DNA of 36,277 nt, taken from IMG/VR virus record IMGVR_UViG_3300020043_004003, positions 1-36,277 of that record; one strand, written 5' to 3'. The notes under the pieces are model-generated. The model worked only from the letters and a program-made list of their open reading frames with translations. It was not told the DNA's origin and searched no databases. This DNA comes from a virus (lineage: Duplodnaviria > Caudoviricetes). Shown one piece after another: positions 1-9,505 of the stretch. Position 1 is the stretch's first letter, and each line of letters starts with the position of its first letter. The position numbers were made by a program, and so were the translations under genes.

Positions 1-1
1 T

Positions 2-1048
2 GGCATTCGGTGTGGTGCTTCCCATCCCGATATTTCCAGTCCCAGCGTTTAAGATTAGTGTAGAGTTACCGTTTACTCCAGAATCAATACTTGCACCAGT
101 TGAGCCAGATTTAGCCCAAATCCTCAAGTTTGAAGCAGCCGTAGAGTTATATACTGAAATACCGCCTGAAGAGGTGTCAGTCGCTTGAGTGATTCCCAAT
201 TTCCCTACCGGATTCACTGTTCCTATACCAAGATTTCCTCCGGTATCCAGTGTCATGTCAATGATGCTGTCTTGATGGCTCCAATTAATCGGGAAAGGCG
301 TACATGTTCCGTTGGCTTTGGTATTAAAACGCATACCACTTGAAGTCATATACATTCCAAAATCGCAAGAGTCCGTTAAGTCAGCAGCAGTATCATTTTG
401 AAAAATTTTAATACCAGCAATCATGGAGTTAGACGTTCCACCTACAGTACCATTAGGAAACAAAGCAAAGCGCATTGCTGAATTAGCTGTTACAGGTCTA
501 TTGACATAATACGCCAAACTTCCACTACCACCAGGATTTGTAATATTGTCGTAATAAGCAGACCAAACATTGTTTAAAAATAATGACGATGTTGAACCTG
601 AACCTTTGATGTTAAAAGAACCACCAGCAAGCTCCAATTTTTGAGTTGGATTAGCGGTTCCGATACCAACACTGTCAGTCGATGTTATTGTAGATACTGT
701 AGTTCCAGCATCTTCCCAACCGCTACTTGTTCCAGAAGGTAGCTGAGCCTGAAAAACTTCCCAATTAATAGAACTGGAAGTCCCTCCATTATTAACCAGA
801 AACTCTTGAGCGTTGGTCAATGCCGTCAAATCAGGGTAGGCTGTCCAATTAATGCCTGAGCTAGAACCTGAACTAGGAATATTCCCAATCTGAACCTTCT
901 TGGTTGAACCATCATCGCTGTCATAAATAACGAACTCATCCGCAGAGTCCGGTGGATTTTTTTCGGTATAAGAATGGATTGTTCCAGCAATCGCCGGAGT
1001 ACAGATAACTAATAATAATAATAAAAACAAATAAATATATTTTCTCAT
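2..1048 (-). CDS. Tail fibre/adhesin-like protein with G-x-x-GIGT repeats and an N-terminal signal peptide; truncated by the window edge
   Basis: Absent from the ORF track (runs off the edge). Hand translation from ATG 1048, which overlaps the upstream TGA: MRKYIYLFLLLLLVICTPAIAGTIHSY...DSVGIGTANPTQKLE...GNLGIGTVNPVGKLG...GNIGMGSTTPNA. Confidence 0.75.
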   Translation of the reverse strand, partial: MRKYIYLFLLLLLVICTPAIAGTIHSYTEKNPPDSADEFVIYDSDDGSTKKVQIGNIPSSGSSSGINWTAYPDLTALTNAQEFLVNNGGTSSSINWEVFQAQLPSGTSSGWEDAGTTVSTITSTDSVGIGTANPTQKLELAGGSFNIKGSGSTSSLFLNNVWSAYYDNITNPGGSGSLAYYVNRPVTANSAMRFALFPNGTVGGTSNSMIAGIKIFQNDTAADLTDSCDFGMYMTSSGMRFNTKANGTCTPFPINWSHQDSIIDMTLDTGGNLGIGTVNPVGKLGITQATDTSSGGISVYNSTAASNLRIWAKSGSTGASIDSGVNGNSTLILNAGTGNIGMGSTTPNA

Positions 1049-1308
1049 TTGACCTCCGACGGGCATTTAATAAATTTTCCTGTTTGTTCGCTACGGCATT
1101 TTTTAACTATCTTCTTAAATTTATTACGCAACTTATTTGCATCTTCACAATATATAAACCGACCTTTAGAATCGGTGCATTGTTCGGTGTATTCTTCGCA
1201 GACCTTATTGCCATCTGAATCTTCAAATGGAAGGCAATCCAGTTTCACTGTATCAGCACTGGCATTTAATGAAACTAACATCAATAATACAAAAATGTAT
1301 TTACCCAA
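1045..1308 (-). CDS. Small Cys-rich protein with signal peptide
   Basis: MGKYIFVLLMLVSLNASA|DT signal-like N-terminus, 6 Cys, overlaps both neighbours. Confidence 0.7.
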   Translation of the reverse strand: MGKYIFVLLMLVSLNASADTVKLDCLPFEDSDGNKVCEEYTEQCTDSKGRFIYCEDANKLRNKFKKIVKKCRSEQTGKFIKCPSEVK

Positions 1309-1987
1309 TTAAATCTCCTCCCGGAGTGGTGACGAAATCGCCACCGGGGGTTGTTAAATAAATATCTTCGTTTGTACCAAACAAGAATGTAACGCCTTCC
1401 CCTGCGTTACCGACAATATAAATCTTTCGTAAATCATCAATGTTTAAGGTTATGGGCGGATGGTTAGGAAGTAAGTGAATACCCCTATCACGACGAACAT
1501 TAGAGTTTCCAATCCAAATCTTTCCTAAATTCGTGAACTTAGCCTGAATCGTGACATACTGAATAGTCGTCTCAAGCGTGTCTAATTGTGTGGCTATCCC
1601 GTCAACAAGCAATAAACGCCAGTTTGTTTCAAGCAAAGGTGTTTGATAATGTGGATAAGCGTCTGCTTGTGTGTCAAATAGGATTCCGCCATCAGTATCT
1701 AGCTGATAAGGGCTGGTATATCCACCTAGTCCATGCGCCCCATAGTTTGTATCATATAAAACCATACCGTTAGAATCCAACAACGGCTCACCATCAGTAT
1801 CTAGCAAGGGCTGTCCAGGGCATCCAGTAAATATCTTATTCCCCTGTTCATCCGTAATAAACTCGCCGTCAGTATCTTGTAAATACCAACCATCAGGAAA
1901 CTCTACGTCTATGGAGCCGTAACCAATATATTTAGAAGTTATTTTTCGTGATATGCCACGTAACGGCGTATCTATAATAATAGACAT
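1301..1987 (-). CDS. Putative virion protein with LxDTDG repeats
   Basis: ORF in structural operon; repeated LQDTDG/LLDTDG/LLDSNG/QLDTDG and C-terminal TTPGGD x2. Confidence 0.65.
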   Translation of the reverse strand: MSIIIDTPLRGISRKITSKYIGYGSIDVEFPDGWYLQDTDGEFITDEQGNKIFTGCPGQPLLDTDGEPLLDSNGMVLYDTNYGAHGLGGYTSPYQLDTDGGILFDTQADAYPHYQTPLLETNWRLLLVDGIATQLDTLETTIQYVTIQAKFTNLGKIWIGNSNVRRDRGIHLLPNHPPITLNIDDLRKIYIVGNAGEGVTFLFGTNEDIYLTTPGGDFVTTPGGDLIG

Positions 1988-2254
1988 CTAAGTCGTCTCC
2001 CAATACCTAACATCAGCTTCACCCGACGCTACAACTCCCCAAATCGGCCCCAAATAAGCACCGAACCCCCTTGCATGACCACGACTCTGGTTCTCATAAA
2101 AGGGGGTTCCGGTTTCTACAGTTACATTTTCATCCTGACCGATATAAACAACAATTTCTTCTTCATTATTCGTAATAATAATTTCTTTTCTGTCGCAGTT
2201 AGCGTCAATGATTAGTGTCGGCTCTGTTGTGACTGGAACTGCTCCATATTTCAT
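1988..2254 (-). CDS. Small putative virion protein
   Basis: Abuts neighbours; beta-rich composition. Confidence 0.6.
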   Translation of the reverse strand: MKYGAVPVTTEPTLIIDANCDRKEIIITNNEEEIVVYIGQDENVTVETGTPFYENQSRGHARGFGAYLGPIWGVVASGEADVRYWETT

Positions 2255-2745
2255 TTACTTGGCTTCCTAATTTGTTCTTCACCAAATCCACCGATGATGT
2301 CATTTCCAGAACCAGAATAATCTTTACCGCCAGCTAGAACTTCAATCTCATTAACTTTTTTTTCAACTTCATGGGCTTGAACCCTTGAAATCTTTTCTTC
2401 AAACTTTTTCTTGTCTTTAGCTTCATCATAACCAATAGCCTTCAAATATTCTTCAACGCTATTAAATCCACGGTTACGGACAGACTGGATAAATTCAGGG
2501 TCGTTACGAAAATCATTTCCTAAAAATCCGTCGCCATTTGTTTCTTTAAAAATAACTGCTAATGCGGCTCTATCTGGGCCGTCATACAGGAAAGAATCTC
2601 CTGTTTTTAAAAACTCTTTGCTGGAAGAAATTGTAACTCCTGCTGGTAAATCCTTCCGAGCAATATCTTTTTTCCCTTGATAAACGAGATTAACAGATTC
2701 TTTAGCTGGATGAAATACACCTTTTTCAGATACGAATGTAGGCAT
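2251..2745 (-). CDS. Hypothetical protein (charged)
   Basis: ORF with AGGAAGG RBS; within late operon. Confidence 0.7.
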   Translation of the reverse strand: MPTFVSEKGVFHPAKESVNLVYQGKKDIARKDLPAGVTISSSKEFLKTGDSFLYDGPDRAALAVIFKETNGDGFLGNDFRNDPEFIQSVRNRGFNSVEEYLKAIGYDEAKDKKKFEEKISRVQAHEVEKKVNEIEVLAGGKDYSGSGNDIIGGFGEEQIRKPSK

Positions 2746-2777
2746 TTTAACTTCCTTCCTTTTGGGATTGGGATTGG

Positions 2778-3071
2778 TTAAACTTCTGTTGTTATTTCTG
2801 CAATTACTATCGTTGTGTTTGAATCATGGTCATAAAAACACCCTGCTGGGAATAAAAGACCACCTTCAAAATTTTGTGTTACTGAACGGCTGATTGTCCC
2901 TGCAATCGTAATCCATGCCGTATCGGAAGCTGCAGTTCCATTCCTAAGAACCAATACACCTGCCGAACCACCAGAAAGCCAAGTAACGCTCCATACTCTT
3001 ACTGGCTTACCGGAAGGCCCAAGTGCTCCGTCTGCGGCAAGGGTGACGGTTCCATGTGTTGTGTTTGGCAT
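2778..3071 (-). CDS. Small putative virion/decoration protein
   Basis: AAGGAG RBS; G/A/T/S-rich beta-type sequence. Confidence 0.65.
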   Translation of the reverse strand: MPNTTHGTVTLAADGALGPSGKPVRVWSVTWLSGGSAGVLVLRNGTAASDTAWITIAGTISRSVTQNFEGGLLFPAGCFYDHDSNTTIVIAEITTEV

Positions 3072-3778
3072 AGTTTCTCCTTTATTTTAGCTATATCGAA
3101 TACACACTTATATTTTAACCAGTCTTTATAGATATAAAAGTCATCAATGTTGTTATAAGCATTAGTTTTGTTGAATGTATCATCAGCCTCGCCATCATTA
3201 AAATACGCACTACGATGAACATATCTAACGCTTTCGTCACAAAACAACACGTTCATCCGGCGGCCAATCCAATACCAGATATTATCGCCAGCACTATGCC
3301 TTAATTTAGGATATTGAATCCACCCCAAAGCCCGTACAATATCGCCATCAATACAACTTGTATAAGGAAATGTATGCGGGTCAATAGGTCTTGGCGTTGT
3401 CGTTCCATATTTTTTAAGAGCATTTTCTTCAACACCGCAATAAATTTTTCCTTTAACGCATAATTTTTCATCCCAACCCGGCGTTAAGTAAACCATGTCA
3501 TCATTAGTTACGCTATAAAACTCATAATCATCGTCTTGTTTGAACGCGCGATTAAGAATCTCGGTAGTTAAAGTATTATCGTATTTTCTATCAAATACTT
3601 TAATCTGCGCCCACGAAGGAAGAACTTTAAAATAATTACCTAAATCTTTGTCGTCCCTATCAAGCAATATTTGTAATCTTGTATTTTCAAGATTGCATGT
3701 TTTCTCGATACTATCCAAAAACGGTTTTATGCGTTCTGAACGTCCACGACTAGGGCATAGTAAAAGCAATTTCTTCAT
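2999..3778 (-). CDS. Glycosyltransferase, GT-A fold (family 2-like)
   Basis: N-terminal LLLLCPSRGR strand, ILLDRDD, TNDD (DxD-like), later GDNIW and VHR motifs. Start placed at MKKLLL (3778); 3808 is the alternative. Confidence 0.7.
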   Translation of the reverse strand: MKKLLLLCPSRGRSERIKPFLDSIEKTCNLENTRLQILLDRDDKDLGNYFKVLPSWAQIKVFDRKYDNTLTTEILNRAFKQDDDYEFYSVTNDDMVYLTPGWDEKLCVKGKIYCGVEENALKKYGTTTPRPIDPHTFPYTSCIDGDIVRALGWIQYPKLRHSAGDNIWYWIGRRMNVLFCDESVRYVHRSAYFNDGEADDTFNKTNAYNNIDDFYIYKDWLKYKCVFDIAKIKEKLCQTQHMEPSPLPQTEHLGLPVSQ

Positions 3779-3783
3779 CAGAT

Positions 3784-3812
3784 ATGGATGGGGATTTTTA
3801 GTCCCCATCCAT
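3784..3812. terminator. Perfect 11-bp hairpin upstream of the glycosyltransferase (attenuator or mRNA stabiliser)
   Basis: ATGGATGGGGA-N7-TCCCCATCCAT; no U-tract on the minus strand. Confidence 0.45.
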
Positions 3813-3823
3813 TATCCTTTCGT

Positions 3824-4633
3824 TTAGAAACTAACGTAGAATACAGCGTGTTCCGTAGATGCCTGAGCAGCAACAAGGCATTGACCGATGACTCTCTCAT
3901 CAATTAAGTCAAGAACTGCTGTAGAACCACCACCAGCAACCTGAACTTGACCGGCTTCGCTGTCAGAAATAGTAATCATCTCACCGATAGCAATAGTACC
4001 ATCGACTTGAAGACCAACTGTTCCACGACGAAGAATCCAACCATAAGAACCAGATGTCATAACTGCGGTTGTAACACCAACAGCATAGTTATCGGTTCCG
4101 GTCGTCGCAGCTTCAAGATTACCGAAGGCATTACCGACAATAGCAATGTCAGTAGTGTTATCAACGGCAATTTTAATGGCATCATATAATTCCAAACGGA
4201 AATTACCAGATGCAGGGTCGCCCGTAGCTGTGTTGCCTTTAATACGATATGTATAACCGACACCAGTATCCTTGCAAGTCACAAGAGTTCCGCCAGCGAA
4301 CAAATTTGCTGTTACGGAAGCTAATGTGATTTCCAAAAATTTGCTGCCGATTTTACCATCGTTCGTATTAACTGCTGACGCAGAAGCTACGATTTTATTT
4401 GCCTGAACAGAAGCGTAACCACTTTCGCTGATGTCCTGAGCAACGACTAAGCCCGGATTAACAGCGGCTCCAAAATGACCATACGTAAATACATCGCCGT
4501 TTCCAGCCTGTAACGTATAGCCCAACGCAAACTGCTGAGTAGAATGAATTGCCTTGAAGTCAATTTCTCCACCAGCAACTTGCGGTACGCTATTGATCGA
4601 AAATGAACTACGAGTTGCGAGATTAACAGCCAT
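3824..4633 (-). CDS. Putative capsid decoration/cement or head fibre protein
   Basis: Two genes downstream of the capsid gene; A/G/T/V-rich; SYGWILRRG motif. Confidence 0.55.
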   Translation of the reverse strand: MAVNLATRSSFSINSVPQVAGGEIDFKAIHSTQQFALGYTLQAGNGDVFTYGHFGAAVNPGLVVAQDISESGYASVQANKIVASASAVNTNDGKIGSKFLEITLASVTANLFAGGTLVTCKDTGVGYTYRIKGNTATGDPASGNFRLELYDAIKIAVDNTTDIAIVGNAFGNLEAATTGTDNYAVGVTTAVMTSGSYGWILRRGTVGLQVDGTIAIGEMITISDSEAGQVQVAGGGSTAVLDLIDERVIGQCLVAAQASTEHAVFYVSF

Positions 4634-4685
4634 TTTATTTTCCTTTCCTTATCCCCTTATTGCAAGGGCATCGGTATTATTTTAA

Positions 4686-4955
4686 TTAAGCACCAGTTGT
4701 TCTAACAATCATTGTTAAGCCGAGAGCATCAACGCCCGGATAGAACGTAAATGTCCCTGACGACTCAGTAATATTAATACCTGCACTTGTATTTGTCGTC
4801 GGGTCAGAAGTTACCTGACCAACGTAAGATACAACTCTGGAACCGAATCCAGAAGCCCAAGTATCAGCATCACTTACTGTCGTGAACTTAGCAATTACTT
4901 CTGTGTAAGCCCCTGCTGTATTCTTAACGATAGAGGCGGGTACGATAGCAGCCAT
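4686..4955 (-). CDS. Small putative head protein
   Basis: Directly after capsid gene; AAGGAGG RBS. Confidence 0.6.
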   Translation of the reverse strand: MAAIVPASIVKNTAGAYTEVIAKFTTVSDADTWASGFGSRVVSYVGQVTSDPTTNTSAGINITESSGTFTFYPGVDALGLTMIVRTTGA

Positions 4956-4968
4956 TTATGCCTCCTTA

Positions 4969-5928
4969 TTAAGTAATAGAAACAAGTTTAGCCTGACGAC
5001 GACGGTTGTTAGTAATCAAGTTACCTCTCCAGAGAATATATGCAACACGAACCATCTGATTAGTCGGCTGAATGAACGGAGTAGTAATCATATCCGTTGC
5101 ACTATCGACAACCAATTTAATATAGTTCATATTCAACATATAAATAACACCGCTGGAAATAAAATTACCATACATAATGGGCGTACCCTTGAACGTAAGA
5201 TTCTTAAAACCAGCATTAGCAGACAAATCACCATTGGAAATACGTTCCAACGGAAGACGGGTCTGTTCATACTTCTGGAAGATACTCTTGGTCGTCAAGA
5301 TATGAGTCGGGTTATCTTCATTAGCACCAGAAGAAACAGCATAATAAGCCGTGTTCATGTCCGTAAGACCCTGAGTAGCAAATGCACCAGACGTAACTGA
5401 TGTAGCTTGCCAAAACGTATCTGTAGCACCTGCGATAGAACCTAACGTACCAGTACCAACCAAGCTAGTTAAATCAATAAGATTTCCAGCATTAGCAACA
5501 GGAACTGAAAAACCTTGACTCATACGTTTTGCGATGGCTTTCTCGGAAAGCATCGTTTTCGTAGCAACCAAGTCAAGAATCTTATGTTCACTACCGCTAT
5601 TGGAGCGTTCTTCATCACGAGTAAGCTGAATAGGCTCATAAGCGTTCTGCCATTTGTATTCAACCATCGTCAACGAATTGGTCTGATTGCTGTTAAGAAC
5701 GTCACCACCAGCATAGAAACCACCATCGTTCTGTTCGGATTCGATGAGAGGTTCGACAATGCTGCCGCCACCATCTTTAAGGTCTTTATACTGATTCAAT
5801 AATTTCAACTCGACGTTGCTGTTGTAAGCGTTGTCTACGAGTTTTGAACTATAGTCCGCCAAAGTCGTATTGAGCACGAAAGTGTCAATCGTTGACGGGA
5901 TAAATTGCGGGCCTGAAGGTGTTGCCAT
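4969..5928 (-). CDS. Major capsid protein (HK97 fold inferred)
   Basis: 319 aa, follows portal and scaffold; AAGGAG RBS; GGGSIVEPL...YKWQNAYEPI...GFKNLTFKGTPI pattern resembles podovirus coat proteins. Confidence 0.8.
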   Translation of the reverse strand: MATPSGPQFIPSTIDTFVLNTTLADYSSKLVDNAYNSNVELKLLNQYKDLKDGGGSIVEPLIESEQNDGGFYAGGDVLNSNQTNSLTMVEYKWQNAYEPIQLTRDEERSNSGSEHKILDLVATKTMLSEKAIAKRMSQGFSVPVANAGNLIDLTSLVGTGTLGSIAGATDTFWQATSVTSGAFATQGLTDMNTAYYAVSSGANEDNPTHILTTKSIFQKYEQTRLPLERISNGDLSANAGFKNLTFKGTPIMYGNFISSGVIYMLNMNYIKLVVDSATDMITTPFIQPTNQMVRVAYILWRGNLITNNRRRQAKLVSIT

Positions 5929-5941
5929 GTTTTACTCCTTA

Positions 5942-6796
5942 TTATTTAGCTCCAGCCATCTGTTTTGCTTCTGCGAGTCTCCGCTTTCCTAACTCAACAA
6001 AATACTGCTTGCTAGATTGATTAGCACTTTGTTTAGGAACATCGGAATTCGGGACTATCGAAGCTCCAGACGGTACTACTGAAGCATTTATTCGTTCTTG
6101 ATTTTGATTATTTTTGTCGCTCAATCCCATTTTATATGCTCTTAAAACAGCGTTGTCATAGTCCTGTACTTTCCATAAATGCTCACGAGTAGCTCTGACA
6201 GTCCCATTCATCATTCCTTGCATTAGATTATCAATAGCTTCGGGATTATAGTTAGCGTACTTAGACATAAGACGAGCATCTTCTTCTTTCTTGAGCGTCT
6301 GCAACTGCTGGCTTTTAAGGAACCCCAACTCCTGTTCCATACTAGCCAATTTTTGCTTTTCCGTATCAGTCAACTGTGAGTATTCTTCCGTCGTCATTCC
6401 ATCCGGCGGGGTAGAAGGAACTATTGACTGTGCGGCTTGTACGAACTGCGGGTCTTGCAACAATGACTGTACCCTTTCAGGAGTCCATTGTTGTGACTTT
6501 TCTAACTGTTTTCTTATCTCTGCAAGGTCTTGGAACTTACGGTTAAAACCGCTTTCCAAAGACTTGCTTTTCTTAATTAATTGCTCTTTGATTACAGGGT
6601 CTGTAACCCCTTCAAGTAATTTATCTAACTCCTGACTATTGAAATCAACCTTATCAACAACAGGATTCTTGGGCGCATTATTCTCAACAAATTTTGAAGC
6701 CCTTGCGATAATATCTTGTGTAGGGTCACTAGAAACAACAGGTTCCGTGCTTACTACCGTCGGTGTTTCGTTACCACTAATAACTTGTTCTTCCAT
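5942..6796 (-). CDS. Capsid scaffolding protein
   Basis: Acidic/Gln-rich helical protein just before the capsid gene; FNRKFQDLAEIRK coiled-coil motif. Confidence 0.7.
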   Translation of the reverse strand: MEEQVISGNETPTVVSTEPVVSSDPTQDIIARASKFVENNAPKNPVVDKVDFNSQELDKLLEGVTDPVIKEQLIKKSKSLESGFNRKFQDLAEIRKQLEKSQQWTPERVQSLLQDPQFVQAAQSIVPSTPPDGMTTEEYSQLTDTEKQKLASMEQELGFLKSQQLQTLKKEEDARLMSKYANYNPEAIDNLMQGMMNGTVRATREHLWKVQDYDNAVLRAYKMGLSDKNNQNQERINASVVPSGASIVPNSDVPKQSANQSSKQYFVELGKRRLAEAKQMAGAK

Positions 6797-6807
6797 AACT
6801 TCCTTCC

Positions 6808-7197
6808 TTACCCCGGATTGGGATTGGTTATGTTTTTAAACTGTCTATCAATATTTTCTATCTGCTCGTCGGTAGGCAATAGTCCTGCTTCACGCAATGC
6901 TCTGATTGCAACGCTACCTAATCTAATGTTACCTTTTTTATCGGCAGTCAATTTTATAGCGTTTATGATCTCTCTGGCCTTCGGTGATAATGAATATTCT
7001 TTTCTAGGATTTTTCCTGTCATAATCATCAGCCAACTCACACGCAATATCAAAAGGAACCATTTTTCCTTGTTCCATAAGCCTAATAAAATGTTCTTTCC
7101 CCTCGACAAAACAACCTAAAGAATTATTCCACCCACGATACTGATGGTCTTCTAAGTGTCCGAAATGTTTATTAAGTTGTTTCTCTGTCAGTCTCAT
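6808..7197 (-). CDS. Hypothetical protein between portal and scaffold
   Basis: ORF overlapping upstream gene by ATGA. Confidence 0.7.
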   Translation of the reverse strand: MRLTEKQLNKHFGHLEDHQYRGWNNSLGCFVEGKEHFIRLMEQGKMVPFDIACELADDYDRKNPRKEYSLSPKAREIINAIKLTADKKGNIRLGSVAIRALREAGLLPTDEQIENIDRQFKNITNPNPG

Positions 7198-7388
7198 ACG
7201 CTTAAAAATTGTTTGGTTAAATCAATACCAGATTTGCCAAGCGTCTTCATAAACGAAGATATATTTGTTTCTACGTGATACGAATTTCCGCTCTCCATCG
7301 TAACAATAAATTTTTTATTCTTTATCTCGACGGACTCTATCATCTCAGGATTAATCATTACGTTTTTTTGTATTCCTATAAGTTCCAT
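7194..7388 (-). CDS. Small hypothetical protein (INPxxIxxVE motif, FlbD/SwrD-like)
   Basis: Coupled to portal stop; motif resemblance only. Confidence 0.55.
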   Translation of the reverse strand: MELIGIQKNVMINPEMIESVEIKNKKFIVTMESGNSYHVETNISSFMKTLGKSGIDLTKQFLSV

Positions 7389-9436
7389 CAGAATGTATTA
7401 ACTCCGCCTTTAGAAAGATTCACTTGCTTACCAGTCTCGGTATTTTTTTCCTGAGCCTGTTGCAATAACGCCGACTGTATCTGAATCAACTGTTCAAGAA
7501 CATCTGAGGTCTGCTGTGCCATCTGTAATAACTGCTGTATCGACGTGTAAACTTCCAACTTCGCTACGTGGTCATCGGTTTCTACGGGAGGATATGGAAC
7601 CCGCTGATTAGTCAAAGCCGCATTAACATTCTCTTTCGCCTGTCGTATCTGCTGAACACTCACGAACCCTTCCGATTCTTCAGGGCGAATGTTTCTAAAC
7701 ACATCAGGATTATTAATACGCATACGCAATAACATCTGCTCTATCAAAGGTGATAACTGCAACGTCTTTCCTTCTGTAGCTAACTTCTGAGCAATAATCG
7801 GGTCTTGAATACCCTGCATCATCAACTGCAACGCTTGCCCAAACTGCTGTAACTCCTTCTCAGGATTTTCAGGCAACATAGAAATAACGTCTAACTCAAC
7901 GTCAACGTCGGCCTGTAACTCTTCCTTCGTCGGATTATCAGACCATTCCAAATCCATTGAACCAACGATACGAACAGCGTCTTCATAAGGCGTGTACTGC
8001 TTAATCAACTGATTTATATACAGAACACTTTCCTTCAAGAAATCAGCCATAATGTCCTGACGATACGCAGGACGAGCCGAGCCACCTGCATTACGTATCT
8101 TGACGGAAGCCGCAGACTCTTCTCCGCTCTGCAAAGCTCCACGCTTTAAGTCAGTAACGCCAGACTTATCTTCCAATTCCTTCTGCAACCGCTGGTCAAT
8201 TAAATACAGCTCCGAAGACGCACCGCCACCAGCCGACGCAACGAACATTCTGTCTCTGGGATTACCGCTGTCAAATAACACAATCGTATTATCGCCTTGC
8301 TGTACCTTCTGGACTTCTTCTTCGTTCGTTCCTTCTTTAGAAATACCAACCCAAGTCTTGCTATTCTCCTGTGCATTACGAACCTGAATATTGCGAATAA
8401 CATTCTTTAAATCGCCAACGTCTTTATAGGTGTTAATATCAGGGATACCAAAATCTTTGTCAGGAACTTCATTGAACATCAATATTCTCGACGGAAAACC
8501 CTCAGCATTAATGCCCCATTTATTTTCACGCAACGGTTTATCTTGGTCAAATGTCAATAATAAAATACTACCCGTCGAGCCTTCACGTTCTTCTTTCTTC
8601 GTCGGGCGTAAAAATATTTCATAGCATCTAACAAATTTACACGCTGAAGATTTTCGGAACCGTTCGCTGGAAAAATCTAAAAGAGATTTGTAATATGACT
8701 CTGGACGTTTAGCATCACCACCGCCTGAATCACGAAATTTATTGTAACTTGCCTTACCAATCTTCTGACCGTAACCGTCAAATCCTTTTATCTTTTTCTT
8801 TTCAACATTCAACTTTTCATCTTCGATCAAATCCTGCAAAGGTATATCAATAATTCGACCAACCCATCGAGCCTCGTCGATGTCTGCATAATTTACCATC
8901 GGGTCTTTAATGAATCGCAATGGCGATATGCGCTTGACGAATACTCGTCCTTTTTTAATATAGAACGACTGCTCCTCGGTCATCCCAAAATCGCCTTTAT
9001 ATCCATGCCACAAAACACCGTGCGGAAATAACAGCGAATCCAATAATACTCGACGAGTTTCGTTCTTATATTTAATTTCACCCAACGAATAATTTAATAT
9101 CGCTTCCTGAGTCTTGGCAGACTTAGATGAATCAAATTCAGTCTCGACCATCTGACCGCTTATGGGGTCACGGCGTTTAGCGATAAATGTTTTATTGCGT
9201 GGTTTTAGGAATGCTCTGGGATTACGAAAAAATATGGAAGGTAAATTATTTTGGATAATCGGATATACTTCGTTAAGGACAATATCCCAATCCATTCCGA
9301 ACGGAGGAGTGAAATCGCCCATATATCGCTTACATGATTCAATAACGATAGGTTGCAATTCCTCGACGTTGATAGCTTCCGCCATCCGTATCTCGTCTTT
9401 TAATTGCTCTACTCTATCTTTAGATATATCAGCCAA
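7388..9436 (-). CDS. Portal protein (P22-like long portal)
   Basis: 682 aa directly after large terminase; VKRISPLRFIKDP, SGVTDLKRG...ESAA motifs; Gln-rich helical C-terminus; AGGAGG RBS. Confidence 0.8.
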   Translation of the reverse strand: MADISKDRVEQLKDEIRMAEAINVEELQPIVIESCKRYMGDFTPPFGMDWDIVLNEVYPIIQNNLPSIFFRNPRAFLKPRNKTFIAKRRDPISGQMVETEFDSSKSAKTQEAILNYSLGEIKYKNETRRVLLDSLLFPHGVLWHGYKGDFGMTEEQSFYIKKGRVFVKRISPLRFIKDPMVNYADIDEARWVGRIIDIPLQDLIEDEKLNVEKKKIKGFDGYGQKIGKASYNKFRDSGGGDAKRPESYYKSLLDFSSERFRKSSACKFVRCYEIFLRPTKKEEREGSTGSILLLTFDQDKPLRENKWGINAEGFPSRILMFNEVPDKDFGIPDINTYKDVGDLKNVIRNIQVRNAQENSKTWVGISKEGTNEEEVQKVQQGDNTIVLFDSGNPRDRMFVASAGGGASSELYLIDQRLQKELEDKSGVTDLKRGALQSGEESAASVKIRNAGGSARPAYRQDIMADFLKESVLYINQLIKQYTPYEDAVRIVGSMDLEWSDNPTKEELQADVDVELDVISMLPENPEKELQQFGQALQLMMQGIQDPIIAQKLATEGKTLQLSPLIEQMLLRMRINNPDVFRNIRPEESEGFVSVQQIRQAKENVNAALTNQRVPYPPVETDDHVAKLEVYTSIQQLLQMAQQTSDVLEQLIQIQSALLQQAQEKNTETGKQVNLSKGGVNTF

Positions 9437-9505
9437 TTAAGCCTCCTAAGCTCGAAATACTATTAGCACAAAAAATATATTTATCAAACTGTTTATTGAA
9501 ATATT

